DNA of 64,000 bases. Source: Mesorhizobium sp. (GTDB lineage: Bacteria; Pseudomonadota; Alphaproteobacteria; Rhizobiales; Rhizobiaceae). The DNA is taken from contig NZ_JANINM010000385.1 of NCBI RefSeq assembly GCF_024509055.1, positions 67,952-131,951 on the forward strand, written 5' to 3'. The position numbers and the translations under genes are program-made. Numbering within the stretch: position 1 is the stretch's first letter; the number at the start of each line of letters is the position of its first letter. This document shows, one piece after another, positions 41,068-50,652 of this stretch. Below the pieces are notes generated by a model. That model saw only the letters and a list, made by a program, of their open reading frames with translations, ran no database searches and was not told the DNA's origin.

Positions 41068-41475
41068 TCAGAAGGGGATGTCGTCGTCCTCATTGTCCTG
41101 CGCGGCGCCCTGCTGCTGCTGGCGGGACTTGCCGTAGGAGAGGAAGGTGACCTCGTCGGCGATAATTTCGACGCCGAACCGCTCGATGTCCTGTTGGTCG
41201 GTCCAGCGGGTGTAGTGGATCCGACCGCGCACCATCACCTTCTGGCCCTTCTCGACATATTCGGCGACGGTCTTGGCGACACCGTTGAAGCAGGTGATCC
41301 GGTGCCATTCGGTATCCTCGAGTCGGCGGCCGTTTTCCTTGAGGACCTTGCCCTCACTGTCGCGCTTCGGCCGCGAGGTCGCGAGGCTGAAGCTGGTGAT
41401 CTTGGTGCCGCCCTGGGTGGTGCGGGTCTCGGGGGCGGCGCCGACGTTGCCGGCGAGGATGACGAGGTTCTGCAT
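41068..41475 (-). CDS. ssb: Single-stranded DNA-binding protein
   Basis: NLVILAGNVG..PE, FSLATS, TEWHRI, KGQKVMVRG, C-terminal DDDIPF. Confidence 0.95.
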   Translation of the reverse strand: MQNLVILAGNVGAAPETRTTQGGTKITSFSLATSRPKRDSEGKVLKENGRRLEDTEWHRITCFNGVAKTVAEYVEKGQKVMVRGRIHYTRWTDQQDIERFGVEIIADEVTFLSYGKSRQQQQGAAQDNEDDDIPF

Positions 41476-41498
41476 GTCGAGGTTCCTTTGTCCTGCTC

Positions 41499-41698
41499 GA
41501 GGGTTCGTTCCCTCGGCTGAACACCGTCAAAGACGGCCAGGCCGGTGGCTCCACCGGAGCGCGCAGACGCGAAGGGAAACCCCATGGCGAGGAGTGGTGC
41601 GGGCAGCCGCGAAGCGGCAACTCGGTCCGAAGCCATGCGGGTTGGAGCCGATGGACGGCCGGCTTAGGTCGTTCAGTGAGGAGAGGGGATGGACCCTC
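41499..41698. promoter_or_regulatory. Long fold-back leader upstream of ssb with conserved inner motif
   Basis: Outer arms GAGGGTTCGTTCCCTC..CTGAAC / GTTCAG..GAGGGGATGGACCCTC; inner GGAGTGGTGCGGGCAGCCGCGAAGCGGCAAC is shared with the 44175 region. Confidence 0.5.
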
Positions 41699-42362
41699 TT
41701 CAGGCAGTCGAGCGGAACCACGATATTCGTGAAACCGCATCCGGCCTGCGACCTCGCTGCCACCCCCGCCCCGGATTCGGGCGGCACCTTCGATCGTCGT
41801 TCCCCCACTGACCTGCGCTGCAATCGCATCGAGGGCTGGAGCGATCGAACGGTTGCGGGCCGAACCGGAGCAGCACCATCATCCTTCATACCAATGCATG
41901 TCGAGGCACGTTGCCGACAGGGGACGTCAGGGGCGAGCAGGGGGGCGCGGCTGCGACACCGACCCTCCCAACGCCACAGGCATACGCGCCTTGGCCGAAC
42001 CGCGCCCGAAGTCGAGAATGTTCCCTATACAACGACGCTCCGCGCAGCCTGGGGCGATCGAGCAACGAACGCGGACGTCTGATACCTCCTCTCGACAGGG
42101 GGTGGGAAGCCTGGTGCCGACCCCACGCGACGCCGGCTTCTCCGACGTCGGCGGCAGCCCGGTCTCTCCTATGAGCCCCGCCGATCAGTTGCGAGCAGAC
42201 CTCAATACCCGGACCCGGGTTCGCCGAGCGGTCGGGCAGGCGACCTCCGCTCGACGATCCCCTGATCCGATGAACGGCTCGATCGCGCGGCCGAACCGGT
42301 CGGCGCGTGTCGAGGGGCGACAACCAACCGGCCGATGGCGCGCTCGCGCCCGCCGTCCGCAA

Positions 42363-42860
42363 TCAGGCCGGCGTGACGGCGCCCTTCGCGCGGCGGGGCT
42401 TGCGCGCCGGCACGGCCGACGCCGCGGTCGTCTCGGCCGGTGTCTTGGGCTTGCGACCGAGGCCGATCTTCTTCGCCATGGCACGCCGCGCCTCGCTGTA
42501 GGCGGGCGCGACCATCGGATAGTCGGGCTTCAGCTTGTAGCGTGCGCGATACTCATCCGGGGTCAGGCCGTGCGTGGAGAGGTGCCGGCGCAAGGTCCGA
42601 TAGGGCTTTCCGTCGATCATCGAGATGATGCGATCGGGTGAGGCCAGGGATTTGCGCACGGTGACGGCAGGAGCGTGATCGACCGCAGTGACTTCGACGG
42701 CGTCCTCTGAGGCTTCGCCGCTGACCAATTGCGTGATCGACGCGTAAATCGCTGTCAGAAAGGCGGGCACGGCCTCCGGATCGGCGCGCGTGTTCGGGTT
42801 CGATAGCCAGGCTGCGGTCACTTCGGTGGCGAGTTCGATCGTGTTCACAGTCTCGGTCAT
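42363..42860 (-). CDS. mucR: MucR/Ros family transcriptional regulator
   Basis: ELATEVTAAWLSN, PAVTVRKSL, IISMIDGKPYRTLRRHL..HGLTPDEYR, YPMVAPAYSEARRAMAKKIGLGRK. Confidence 0.92.
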   Translation of the reverse strand: MTETVNTIELATEVTAAWLSNPNTRADPEAVPAFLTAIYASITQLVSGEASEDAVEVTAVDHAPAVTVRKSLASPDRIISMIDGKPYRTLRRHLSTHGLTPDEYRARYKLKPDYPMVAPAYSEARRAMAKKIGLGRKPKTPAETTAASAVPARKPRRAKGAVTPA

Positions 42861-43097
42861 CCTGTCCCTTTCCGTCGTCCACCACAGGGTGGATGCGACG
42901 ATCACGCAGCGCGCTCGGAAGAGATAATAGCATTGGTGCAGCGACGTGCCACTGATAACCGCTGATAACCGCTGTTGCGTGCGATGCGATGTCGATCGCG
43001 GAAAAGCGAAACGCCAAGGCTGCCGGACACCGCCAGGAAATGGGGACCAGCCCCCTCATAGCGAGGACCGCCGGCGCACCGGCGGTCCCGTCGTCGA

Positions 43098-44057
43098 TCA
43101 GGCGCGACTGACCTCGCGCTTCTGATCGAGCGCGGCCGGGGGCGTCCCGAGCGGTCCCCGGCGGTCGACGACGCGGACGCCCGCTTTCTTGGCATCGATG
43201 ACGAGGCGCTCGGTCACGCCATTGCCCTGAAAGGCGATGAGATAGCGCGGGCGGAGCGACAGCATCTGCTCGTTGCGACGAAAACCGGCGCGATCGCCGA
43301 GCTTGCGGTCGAGACCGAATCGAACCTGCTGGACGCCGTGCTGCTCGGCCCAGGACGCCGCGATGCGCTCGATCCCCTTCATGTCGCCGCCATGGACGAG
43401 GTACATGTCCCCGACCCGCTCGCGGACGGCGTTGAGCGTGCGCAGGAGATTGTCGCCGAACGTCTTCATGTCCCCGTCGCAGGTGAACGTCAGCCGGCCG
43501 CCGGCGAAGACGACGGGGGTTCCGACCGCGGTGTTGGCATCGCGGACGCGCTCACGCCGCGCGCGCAAGAACGCCTGACCATCGACGATTGCCGAGGTAA
43601 CCCCCAGTGAGATGCGATTGCCGGTGGCGGGCACCCAGGATCGACCGGTCTCGCGCATGTAATGCGCCGCGGCAGTGTCGCGCATCTGCTCGTAGCAGCC
43701 GGCCGCCTCCTCGATCTTCTTCGCGAGCTCGACCTTCTCCTCAAGGTTCGTGCTGTTGATCTCGGAGCCGTCCTGCTCGGCGATCAGCAGTCTGATCTCG
43801 TCGGTAAGACGATCGATGGTGGCGTGCTTCTTCGCGGCCGCGCGGTGGAACAGGTTCACCAGGCCCCAGCCCAATTCCTCGATGTCGCGCTCCAGGGACG
43901 TGTTGAAGAGGGTCGCGAAGAGGTCGCTCCAGATCGCTGTCGTGGTCTGATCGAGGGCCTCGCTCGGGGGCGGTGCCATCCCGGGCAGTTCGTCGGAGCG
44001 CGGCTCGAGGTGGCCCAGTTCGAGAGCGGCGAGCGCCGCGGCGAGGGAAGTAGTCAT
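43098..44057 (-). CDS. DUF2493 domain protein (YspA/SLOG-like C-terminus)
   Basis: WGLVNLFHR, VVFAGGR, LVHGG..GIERIAASWA, AGFRRNEQML, AFQGNGVT. Confidence 0.85.
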   Translation of the reverse strand: MTTSLAAALAALELGHLEPRSDELPGMAPPPSEALDQTTTAIWSDLFATLFNTSLERDIEELGWGLVNLFHRAAAKKHATIDRLTDEIRLLIAEQDGSEINSTNLEEKVELAKKIEEAAGCYEQMRDTAAAHYMRETGRSWVPATGNRISLGVTSAIVDGQAFLRARRERVRDANTAVGTPVVFAGGRLTFTCDGDMKTFGDNLLRTLNAVRERVGDMYLVHGGDMKGIERIAASWAEQHGVQQVRFGLDRKLGDRAGFRRNEQMLSLRPRYLIAFQGNGVTERLVIDAKKAGVRVVDRRGPLGTPPAALDQKREVSRA

Positions 44058-44087
44058 GGCGACAGCCTTTCATTGCAGAGGCCGGCG

Positions 44088-44278
44088 GCCTTTTCCGCCG
44101 GATGCGCACCTCCTGGGACGCCGCAGCAGAGCCCGACGCACCGCCGCTTCGCGGCGGGGAACCCGCGAAAGTCGGGGTGGCGCGGGCAGCCGCGGTACGC
44201 GGCAACACGGCCCGGCTTTCGCGGGTTGCGGGGGGATCGCGGGGGCCTATGTGCCGCATCCCTCCGGCGAAAAGGGCG
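44088..44278. promoter_or_regulatory. Long fold-back leader upstream of the DUF2493 gene
   Basis: AACCCGCGAAAGTCGGG / CCCGGCTTTCGCGGGTT inner stem and CCTTTTCCGCCGG / CCGGCGAAAAGG outer stem; encloses the motif shared with the ssb leader. Confidence 0.5.
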
Positions 44279-45197
44279 CACGCGGAAGGTCCGCGAAAGG
44301 ATGCTCGTCACGATCCCCTTCGACGTCATCGCCACGACTGGCCAGCGATGCCGCGCCATGTCGCGTCCGGTAGGAGCATCTCCCCGGCATCGTCGCGACC
44401 TAGCGAGGTGACTGGCCGCCTGGGCCCTCTTGCTCCTGCTGCGTCAGCGAGAGTGGCTGCGGATAGAACTACACATCACTGCGGGGTCCGCCCCGCCAGA
44501 TCCTCGGTCGGCGTGCTCCCGACCCGACAGCGAGTGGCGACGGTGGGAGATCCCTTCGACCGTAAGGGCGAGCCGCGACAAAAGAGCAGACGCATGCCGG
44601 CGCGCGCGGCACAGCCCCGCTAGTGCGCCGACGATCAGCCCTGTTGCCCGCGCCGTTCGTGCTTACGCGGACCTCGTGATCTCTCCCAAATCGGGCCGCT
44701 ACGCGACCGCGCGCAACCCCGATCCGGGCGGCACCAAGGGCGGTCCGTTCGAACGCTGGGACGCGGAGGCGAATGAGCGAAAAGACTTGGGCGCGTCGAT
44801 CGAGCCGTCACTGCAAGTCGGCTCGCAGGTACGGCGGTGAACCACGGGGCCGATGGCGGGCACAAGGCTTACCTGAACGTCGCAGGGGCGCAACGATGCT
44901 GCCTCACTGCGGATCGTGCGATAGATGCACGGCGACCGACGTCCCGAGGCTGGAGTAGCGGCTGCTGGCATTACCGGACGATCTCCCTTAGCCTGATGTA
45001 ACTTGTGGAGACGCAGGTCGGGGCGTGGAAACCTCGTGAGTGAGGGTCTGCTGACCATGCAGGGCGGCGCGTGAGCGTCGACCTCGCCGTGCGTCTGCCT
45101 GCCAGGCACGCGATATTTCCCCGACCCTGTATTTGGGCCGAATTGGCGCGCTTCACGGACACGCCGATCTCGCGCTCAACGCTGGGACGCGGAGAGT

Positions 45198-45632
45198 GTG
45201 TTGGACGACACCAACGGTCACGAGGCCGGACAGGACGATACAGCGCTGCGGCGCGCCAGGGTGCAGCACCTGCTTCAAGAAGCACAGTCGCTTCTGCTCG
45301 AAGCCGGAGCGAGATCCGCAAGCGTCTATCTTGAGCGCGCGATGGCGTGCATCGATGTCGACGTAGCGGATGACCCCACGCAGATCGCCGTTGCCGCAGC
45401 GATCATGCCGGGTGAATCCGCGCTGCGCCGTGCGATGGGCGGTGCCTTGACGATTGTCGGCACCCTATTGGCACGCAACGATATCGTCGCACTCGACGAA
45501 TTCGGCCGGTTGCTCGCGCTGTTCGGCGATGTGTCAGCGGTAGAGGACCCGGCAATGGGGTCCATCATCGATGGCTGGAGCGCGACGATCCGCCATGCCG
45601 CAGGCGAGGTCGAGCGCCCGATGAATGCGTAA
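45198..45632 (+). CDS. Hypothetical protein
   Basis: 144-aa helical ORF with protein-like composition; GGAG RBS. Confidence 0.5.
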   Translation: MLDDTNGHEAGQDDTALRRARVQHLLQEAQSLLLEAGARSASVYLERAMACIDVDVADDPTQIAVAAAIMPGESALRRAMGGALTIVGTLLARNDIVALDEFGRLLALFGDVSAVEDPAMGSIIDGWSATIRHAAGEVERPMNA

Positions 45633-45678
45633 CGGTCAGCGCAGGGCGCGGCGCAAGCGACCTGGCTGATGGGAGTGC

Positions 45679-46695
45679 TCACCCTTGGCCGACGGCATAA
45701 GTGAGACACGATGCGTCCCCGATCGCCCCAGTTGCTCTCCTAGGGACAGGACAACCGCCTTGAGGCGAGCGCTCGCGGAGCGCGTCGGCGGCACGATTGA
45801 AGTCCTCAAGCCAATTGCCGATCGGGACACGCTCGTCGACGGGGAGGGCGGCCTGCGCTTCTTGAAAGGCGATGAGGTCCGTCGGTGCTTCGCCAATGAT
45901 CCGGTCGATCTCGTCGGGCGGCAGCAAGCCGCGCTCACGAATGAACTCGGTGATGCTGCCGGGGCGCGGCGTTGCTCCACGACGACCGAGCACGGGACGC
46001 CGCCAGAGCCCGTCGACATTGCGCAGCCGGGGCTTCGCCCGCGCTTCCATGAGAACGATGATCCGCAGTTCCGGGATGGCGAGTTCCATCACCTCGTCGG
46101 CCTTGATGCTGCCGCAGAAGAAGCAGCTCGACTTCGGTGGCAATGGCAAACCGGCGGCAGCGATCCGTCGCTCGCATGCCGAACGATCCCATCCCCATTC
46201 GCGCAGTGGATAGCGATAGGCATAGCGCGGATCCTCGCACTCCACGGCGTGTGCGTAGCGCTGCGTGTCCCGCGGCGACGCGTCGTATCCGATCATCTTG
46301 ATCACGCGTTCGCCAGCGTCCCAACATCGCCGTGCAGGCTCCCAGTCCGCAGTCCAAGCATCCTGGGCGCTTGCCTTCCACTTCTGTGAACAGGATCCCC
46401 GATTGAAGACCACCGACGGGAGCGTTGCGTTGGTCAGCATGTTCTCGGCGATCGTTGCATAGGGCGGCCAATGCTTGAAGTTGCGCGGCTGATAGCGAAC
46501 GATCTCCGATGCGATGCCACGCTCGGCCATCCAGGCACGAAAGAGCGGAATGAAGGCATAGGTGCCGCGCTTCTCCGAGCCCGGATCGGCGAACAGGACC
46601 ATGTCGATCGGCTCCTCTCGCCCGGCGAGTTCGATGATCATCGCGGTCGAGTCGACACCGGCACCCCATGCCACGACGACAGGTGGCCGGGTCAT
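45679..46695 (-). CDS. PAPS reductase-like / adenine nucleotide alpha hydrolase (PP-loop) protein B
   Basis: AWGAGVDSTAM variant PP-loop, FADPGSE, CSQKWK, YPLREWGWDR..C, PPKSSCFFC. Confidence 0.8.
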   Translation of the reverse strand: MTRPPVVVAWGAGVDSTAMIIELAGREEPIDMVLFADPGSEKRGTYAFIPLFRAWMAERGIASEIVRYQPRNFKHWPPYATIAENMLTNATLPSVVFNRGSCSQKWKASAQDAWTADWEPARRCWDAGERVIKMIGYDASPRDTQRYAHAVECEDPRYAYRYPLREWGWDRSACERRIAAAGLPLPPKSSCFFCGSIKADEVMELAIPELRIIVLMEARAKPRLRNVDGLWRRPVLGRRGATPRPGSITEFIRERGLLPPDEIDRIIGEAPTDLIAFQEAQAALPVDERVPIGNWLEDFNRAADALRERSPQGGCPVPRRATGAIGDASCLTYAVGQG

Positions 46696-47336
46696 GGGAA
46701 CTTTGCTCCAGCTGCCGTGAAGGTGACGTCGTTCGCCTCGAGCGCCGCGTCGACCTGATGATCGGCGGTCTGGAAGTCGTATTCGGCTTCGAGCCGGCGA
46801 TAAAGCCAGCGCGCAAGGTCACGAAGCGCCTCCGTGACATCGTCCTCAGCAGTCGGGGTCCCATCTTGTCCGTTCGGGCCGTCACGTTCGACGCTGATCG
46901 TCATCGAATATTCGTGACAGTAGCGACCCGTCTGCCGGATGGTGCCTTGCAACTGATACAGGTTGCGGCGCTGGATGGCGGCGAGCGCGTCGACGATGCG
47001 GTGAAGTTCAGGGTCGACAGGCGCATAGGAGCGAATGGCGGCGCTCGACCCGCGCGCGTACCGATACTCGCCTTCGAAACTCGCGCCGTCGCCCTGACTG
47101 GCGAAGCCGGAAAAAAGGATGCGCGGCGCCGCCCGGGTTCCTCCTCCGTAGAGCCGGACCGGGCGGGTCGCGATCTCGACGCCGACGATGGCGCACACGT
47201 TCTCGAAGTCTTCGAAGACGCTCTCATGCCAATCGTCGGGAACCAGGTGATGGCGCGCCCAGGCACGCGCGGTGTCGCGGGCTGGCGGCTCAAGTTCCGC
47301 CGGTCGGAAGACCCGGGTGATGACCAGTTCAGGCAT
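46692..47336 (-). CDS. Conserved plasmid hypothetical protein
   Basis: FSGFASQGDGASFEG, GRYCHEYSM, LARWLYRRLEAEY; AGGAG RBS; coupled to the downstream PP-loop gene. Confidence 0.75.
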   Translation of the reverse strand: MPELVITRVFRPAELEPPARDTARAWARHHLVPDDWHESVFEDFENVCAIVGVEIATRPVRLYGGGTRAAPRILFSGFASQGDGASFEGEYRYARGSSAAIRSYAPVDPELHRIVDALAAIQRRNLYQLQGTIRQTGRYCHEYSMTISVERDGPNGQDGTPTAEDDVTEALRDLARWLYRRLEAEYDFQTADHQVDAALEANDVTFTAAGAKFP

Positions 47337-47385
47337 ATCGTTCTCCTGACGCCGGATGCGACCGGCGATTGCATCGGCAAGAGGG

Positions 47386-48018
47386 TCAGGCGGCAGCCTC
47401 CAACGATGGCGGAAGCGCCCCGATCGACAGCGTGAGACGGCGCGCAAACGCGGGGGCGTCGAGCAATTCGGCGATGGGTGCGCGAAAAACCCTGCTCGAC
47501 GGCTCGCCGCCACGGCAGCGATGGAAGGTGATCTCGCTGTCGGGCAGGAAGCTGCGCGGAACGACGCGGATGCCGATGTCGGGATGACGCAACTCGGTGA
47601 CACCGTCGTCGTCATCGTCGCCGTCGATCGTCTGGACCCGGGCCTCGCCGGCGCCGAGCCCGATTTCGGCAGCAAGCTGTGCCACGGCGCGACGCGCTTG
47701 CGCATGGAAGGCGCGTTTGGCGGCGGGATCCCCGCCCACATGGTGTCCCGCGATCTCGAGAAGCGCTGGCGACGCCTCGATCGACGCCCGATCGATGACG
47801 CATCGCAGGCGTAGCGCTTCATCAGGACCCGCCATCGGCCGGATCACGCTGGCCAGGTTGCGGCTGAGAAGCAGGATTGCGGCGTCCTGCGCGATCGGCT
47901 TGCCGGCGCGGCGACAGTCGTCAGCGGCGGTGATGAGGGCGTGCAGCGCTGCGGGGAAGGTTTCCAGGCCCGAAGGATGAAGGGCTTGATGATGACGATA
48001 GGTCGTGTCGTAGAACAT
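47386..48018 (-). CDS. Hypothetical protein
   Basis: 210-aa ORF; AGGAGG RBS; ends EAAA like its neighbours. Confidence 0.75.
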   Translation of the reverse strand: MFYDTTYRHHQALHPSGLETFPAALHALITAADDCRRAGKPIAQDAAILLLSRNLASVIRPMAGPDEALRLRCVIDRASIEASPALLEIAGHHVGGDPAAKRAFHAQARRAVAQLAAEIGLGAGEARVQTIDGDDDDDGVTELRHPDIGIRVVPRSFLPDSEITFHRCRGGEPSSRVFRAPIAELLDAPAFARRLTLSIGALPPSLEAAA

Positions 48019-48087
48019 GGTTCAGCCTCCTGAGCGCGGATGCGCTCGCAAAGGCCGAAGGCGTCCTCTCCTCTTGTGCCGGCGGGT

Positions 48088-48528
48088 TCAACGCAGCCGG
48101 ATGGGCGGCACGACGAAGTTCGCACCCTCGAAATACGCCAGCGCGGCCTCGAACGTGGCGAGGCGCTGAAGATGGTCTTCACCGATGACGACATAATCGT
48201 CCTCGTCGCATGGAAAGCGTGTTGGCTCGCCGCTCCCGGTGAAGACGAGGCGCTCAGCACCCCATTGTCCGGGGCAGGCGCCTGACCACCGGACGAAGGG
48301 CAGCGTCTCCCGAACGCAGAATGCCTCGAGCGCCTCGAACGCGCCGCGGGCGACTTCATGGGCCTTGAGGGTGAGGGACTTGCCGTCGACGAGCTCGGCG
48401 AGATGGAAGGGCGCGCCGTCCCAATCGGTCGAAAGGCCCTCGTGCCGAACGATGGACTCGAGTTCGGGCAGGGTGCTGCGATCGAGGACACCGCCGATCG
48501 TGATGGAGGCAGAAACGCGGTCAGTCAT
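48088..48528 (-). CDS. Hypothetical protein
   Basis: MTDRVSASITIGG..GLSTDW..LEAFC..LPFVRW; AAGGA RBS. Confidence 0.75.
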   Translation of the reverse strand: MTDRVSASITIGGVLDRSTLPELESIVRHEGLSTDWDGAPFHLAELVDGKSLTLKAHEVARGAFEALEAFCVRETLPFVRWSGACPGQWGAERLVFTGSGEPTRFPCDEDDYVVIGEDHLQRLATFEAALAYFEGANFVVPPIRLR

Positions 48529-48624
48529 GGGACATCCTTTCTTGTGGGAGAGATGGGCGTCATGCCGTCCGGCCTGGGAAAGGGGGCGGTCGACCGGCGC
48601 AGAGTTCGATACGAGGCATTCATG

Positions 48625-49593
48625 CTATGGTGGGCCGGCCGGGTCGCCGAAGGCACCGGCGGGCAACCGCCAGGGATTCATCACGATCGGAAGGCGCCAG
48701 TGCTCGTCCTCGGCCTGGGAAAGCTCGTCGGGATGAACGAGCGCGGCAGAATAGGGGGAGCCACGATCCGCACGTGTTTCGACGTCAGCCGCGCGGTGGA
48801 TGGTCTTGCCGCTGGCCGCCTCGCGCACCTTCACGCGCTGGAACGCGCGAGGGAAGACGTGACGCACGGTCGCCCATTGATCGGGCGAGCCGAAGATGCA
48901 CGTTCGACACGACAGACGTCCCCAGCCAAGCGTGTACGCAGGGTGCGGACGGATCGACGAATCCGCAATTGCCTCCCAGACCCGTGCCTCGGTCCAGCCG
49001 TGGACGGGGCGCCAATGATCGACTGTGCGTCGCCTGCTCGACGTGCGATGCGGTTCAAAAGCCAGGTAATGCGCGCGGCAGGGGCTTTCGGCGGCGCGCT
49101 CGCCCGTCACGACCAGCGTGGCTCCATCGAGGAACCGGTCCTGGTTCCGGATGGCGGCCGCCAGGACATCGATCTTCAGCGATGGGCTGCACCAGCGAAC
49201 ACGAAGGTCAGCGCTGGTCTGCGGGAACAGACCGCGCGTGCCGATCGGGCCATTGCCCCCGGCGCGGCCGATACCGTCCGGGGTCTCGAACACGACCGGT
49301 GCGGTGGGTGCGCCCGACCGCTCGAGTTCGCGTGCAAAGCCACCCTCACGCCACGAGAAATAGACGCGAAGCCCAAGATGCTCGGCGATCGCGCGGACAT
49401 ATCCGGCGGTGCAGGGCCAATCCATAAAGCTCGCGCCGCCACCATCGACGTCATGATGATGGAGCTCGATCGCGTCCGCCGGCACGCCGAGGTGAAGGAG
49501 ATGGAGAAGGGCGGCAAGGCTGTCCTTGCCACCGCTGAACGCCACGACGATGCGCCGGTAGGCGCGGAGGTCCGGACTGTCGGGCACGATCAC
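48625..49593 (-). CDS. PAPS reductase family (PP-loop) protein A
   Basis: AFSGGKDS, RWCSPSLKI, GERAAES..RA, WRPVHGW, HPAYTLGWGRLSCRTCIF. GTGA overlap with ardC. Confidence 0.88.
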   Translation of the reverse strand: MIVPDSPDLRAYRRIVVAFSGGKDSLAALLHLLHLGVPADAIELHHHDVDGGGASFMDWPCTAGYVRAIAEHLGLRVYFSWREGGFARELERSGAPTAPVVFETPDGIGRAGGNGPIGTRGLFPQTSADLRVRWCSPSLKIDVLAAAIRNQDRFLDGATLVVTGERAAESPCRAHYLAFEPHRTSSRRRTVDHWRPVHGWTEARVWEAIADSSIRPHPAYTLGWGRLSCRTCIFGSPDQWATVRHVFPRAFQRVKVREAASGKTIHRAADVETRADRGSPYSAALVHPDELSQAEDEHWRLPIVMNPWRLPAGAFGDPAGPP

Positions 49594-50513
49594 GCCGCTT
49601 CACGATAAGGCTCGTCGGCATGGTCGAGGCGTCCGAGCCCGGTTGCACGTAGCAGAAATCCTGCTGCGGCTTCGGCCTTCGCCGCCGCGGTCATGATCGC
49701 CCGGGGCTCGCGTCGCAGCACGCGCAGCCATGCATCGACATAGCTGGCGTGATCGTCGAGGTGGGCGGTCGGAAGCTCGAGATCGGCGCCCAGCAGCGCC
49801 GATGTCATCTCGGCGCACAGTTCCTCAAAGGCGTAGGCGTCGTCGCCGAACTTCTTGCCGAAGGCACGGTCGAGGCGACTGGGATGACCGGTCCAGTGCC
49901 CGGCTTCATGGGCCAAGGTCGATGCCCAATAAGCCCGGGTGGAGAATTGCTCGGGCGGCGGCATGGTGATGCTGTCGGCCGTCGGATCGTAGAATGCGCG
50001 GTCGCCGCGGATGTGAACCGTGGCTGGCAGGCGTTCGACGAAGGTCTGGGCGCGGGATGGCAAGGCATCGGCCGGCGGCACGATAGAAAGCGGCGTGGGG
50101 TGAAACCGCTCGGGAAGGCCTTCGATCTGATCGGCGTTGAAGACAGCATAGCTGCGAAGGACACGTCGCAACTCGTCCGTCGTGACACCCGTCACGCTCG
50201 AGGCCACCGCTTTGCTGTAGGACTTGTAGAAGATCGCGATTTCGGATCGCTCGCCCTGCCGAACCTTACCGCCGAGAGCATCGGCCTGTTTGAAGGTCAT
50301 CCACGTGCGCGAATGGTATCCGGCACCTTCCGCGACAAGCCACAGCCAGAAGCAATTGATCCCGCGGTAAGGCTCGCCGGTGACCCGGAGAGGACGACCG
50401 CCAAGGCCTGGGCGCCAGGGCTTCACCCAAGGTCTCACGCCAGCGTCCAGGCGATCGATGATGGCCGCCGTGATGATCTCGGCGGGGGAGGGGGCATCGG
50501 TGGTCTTGGCCAC
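49590..50513 (-). CDS. ardC: ArdC-family antirestriction protein (ssDNA-binding plus zincin-like)
   Basis: GVRPWVKPW, YRGIN, WMTFKQA, VFNADQ, AFY....D.I.MP, TLAHEAGHWTGH..RLDR, YAFEELCAE, HASY..W. Confidence 0.92.
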   Translation of the reverse strand: MAKTTDAPSPAEIITAAIIDRLDAGVRPWVKPWRPGLGGRPLRVTGEPYRGINCFWLWLVAEGAGYHSRTWMTFKQADALGGKVRQGERSEIAIFYKSYSKAVASSVTGVTTDELRRVLRSYAVFNADQIEGLPERFHPTPLSIVPPADALPSRAQTFVERLPATVHIRGDRAFYDPTADSITMPPPEQFSTRAYWASTLAHEAGHWTGHPSRLDRAFGKKFGDDAYAFEELCAEMTSALLGADLELPTAHLDDHASYVDAWLRVLRREPRAIMTAAAKAEAAAGFLLRATGLGRLDHADEPYREAA

Positions 50514-50589
50514 GGGTGGGCTCCTTGGCTTGGAAAAGGGGCGCTCGAGCGTCGGCGGGGGTTCGCATCCGGCACGACGCAGAGGCACG

Positions 50590-50625
50590 AAAAGGAGGGC
50601 GGTACTCCCGAGAGAGCACCGCCCT
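50590..50625 (-). terminator. Intrinsic terminator after the ParB-like gene
   Basis: AGGGCGGTGCTC..GAGTACCGCCCT followed by CCTTTT on the minus strand. Confidence 0.6.
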
Positions 50626-50652
50626 GAGGCTCCTCGAACATGCTGTCAGGCG

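Noticed and set aside
45679-49593. Sulfate assimilation (cysH) or a canonical Dnd phosphorothioation cluster
   Set aside because: No cysDN/cysIJ and no dndB/D/E-like neighbours; the context is plasmid leading-region genes.
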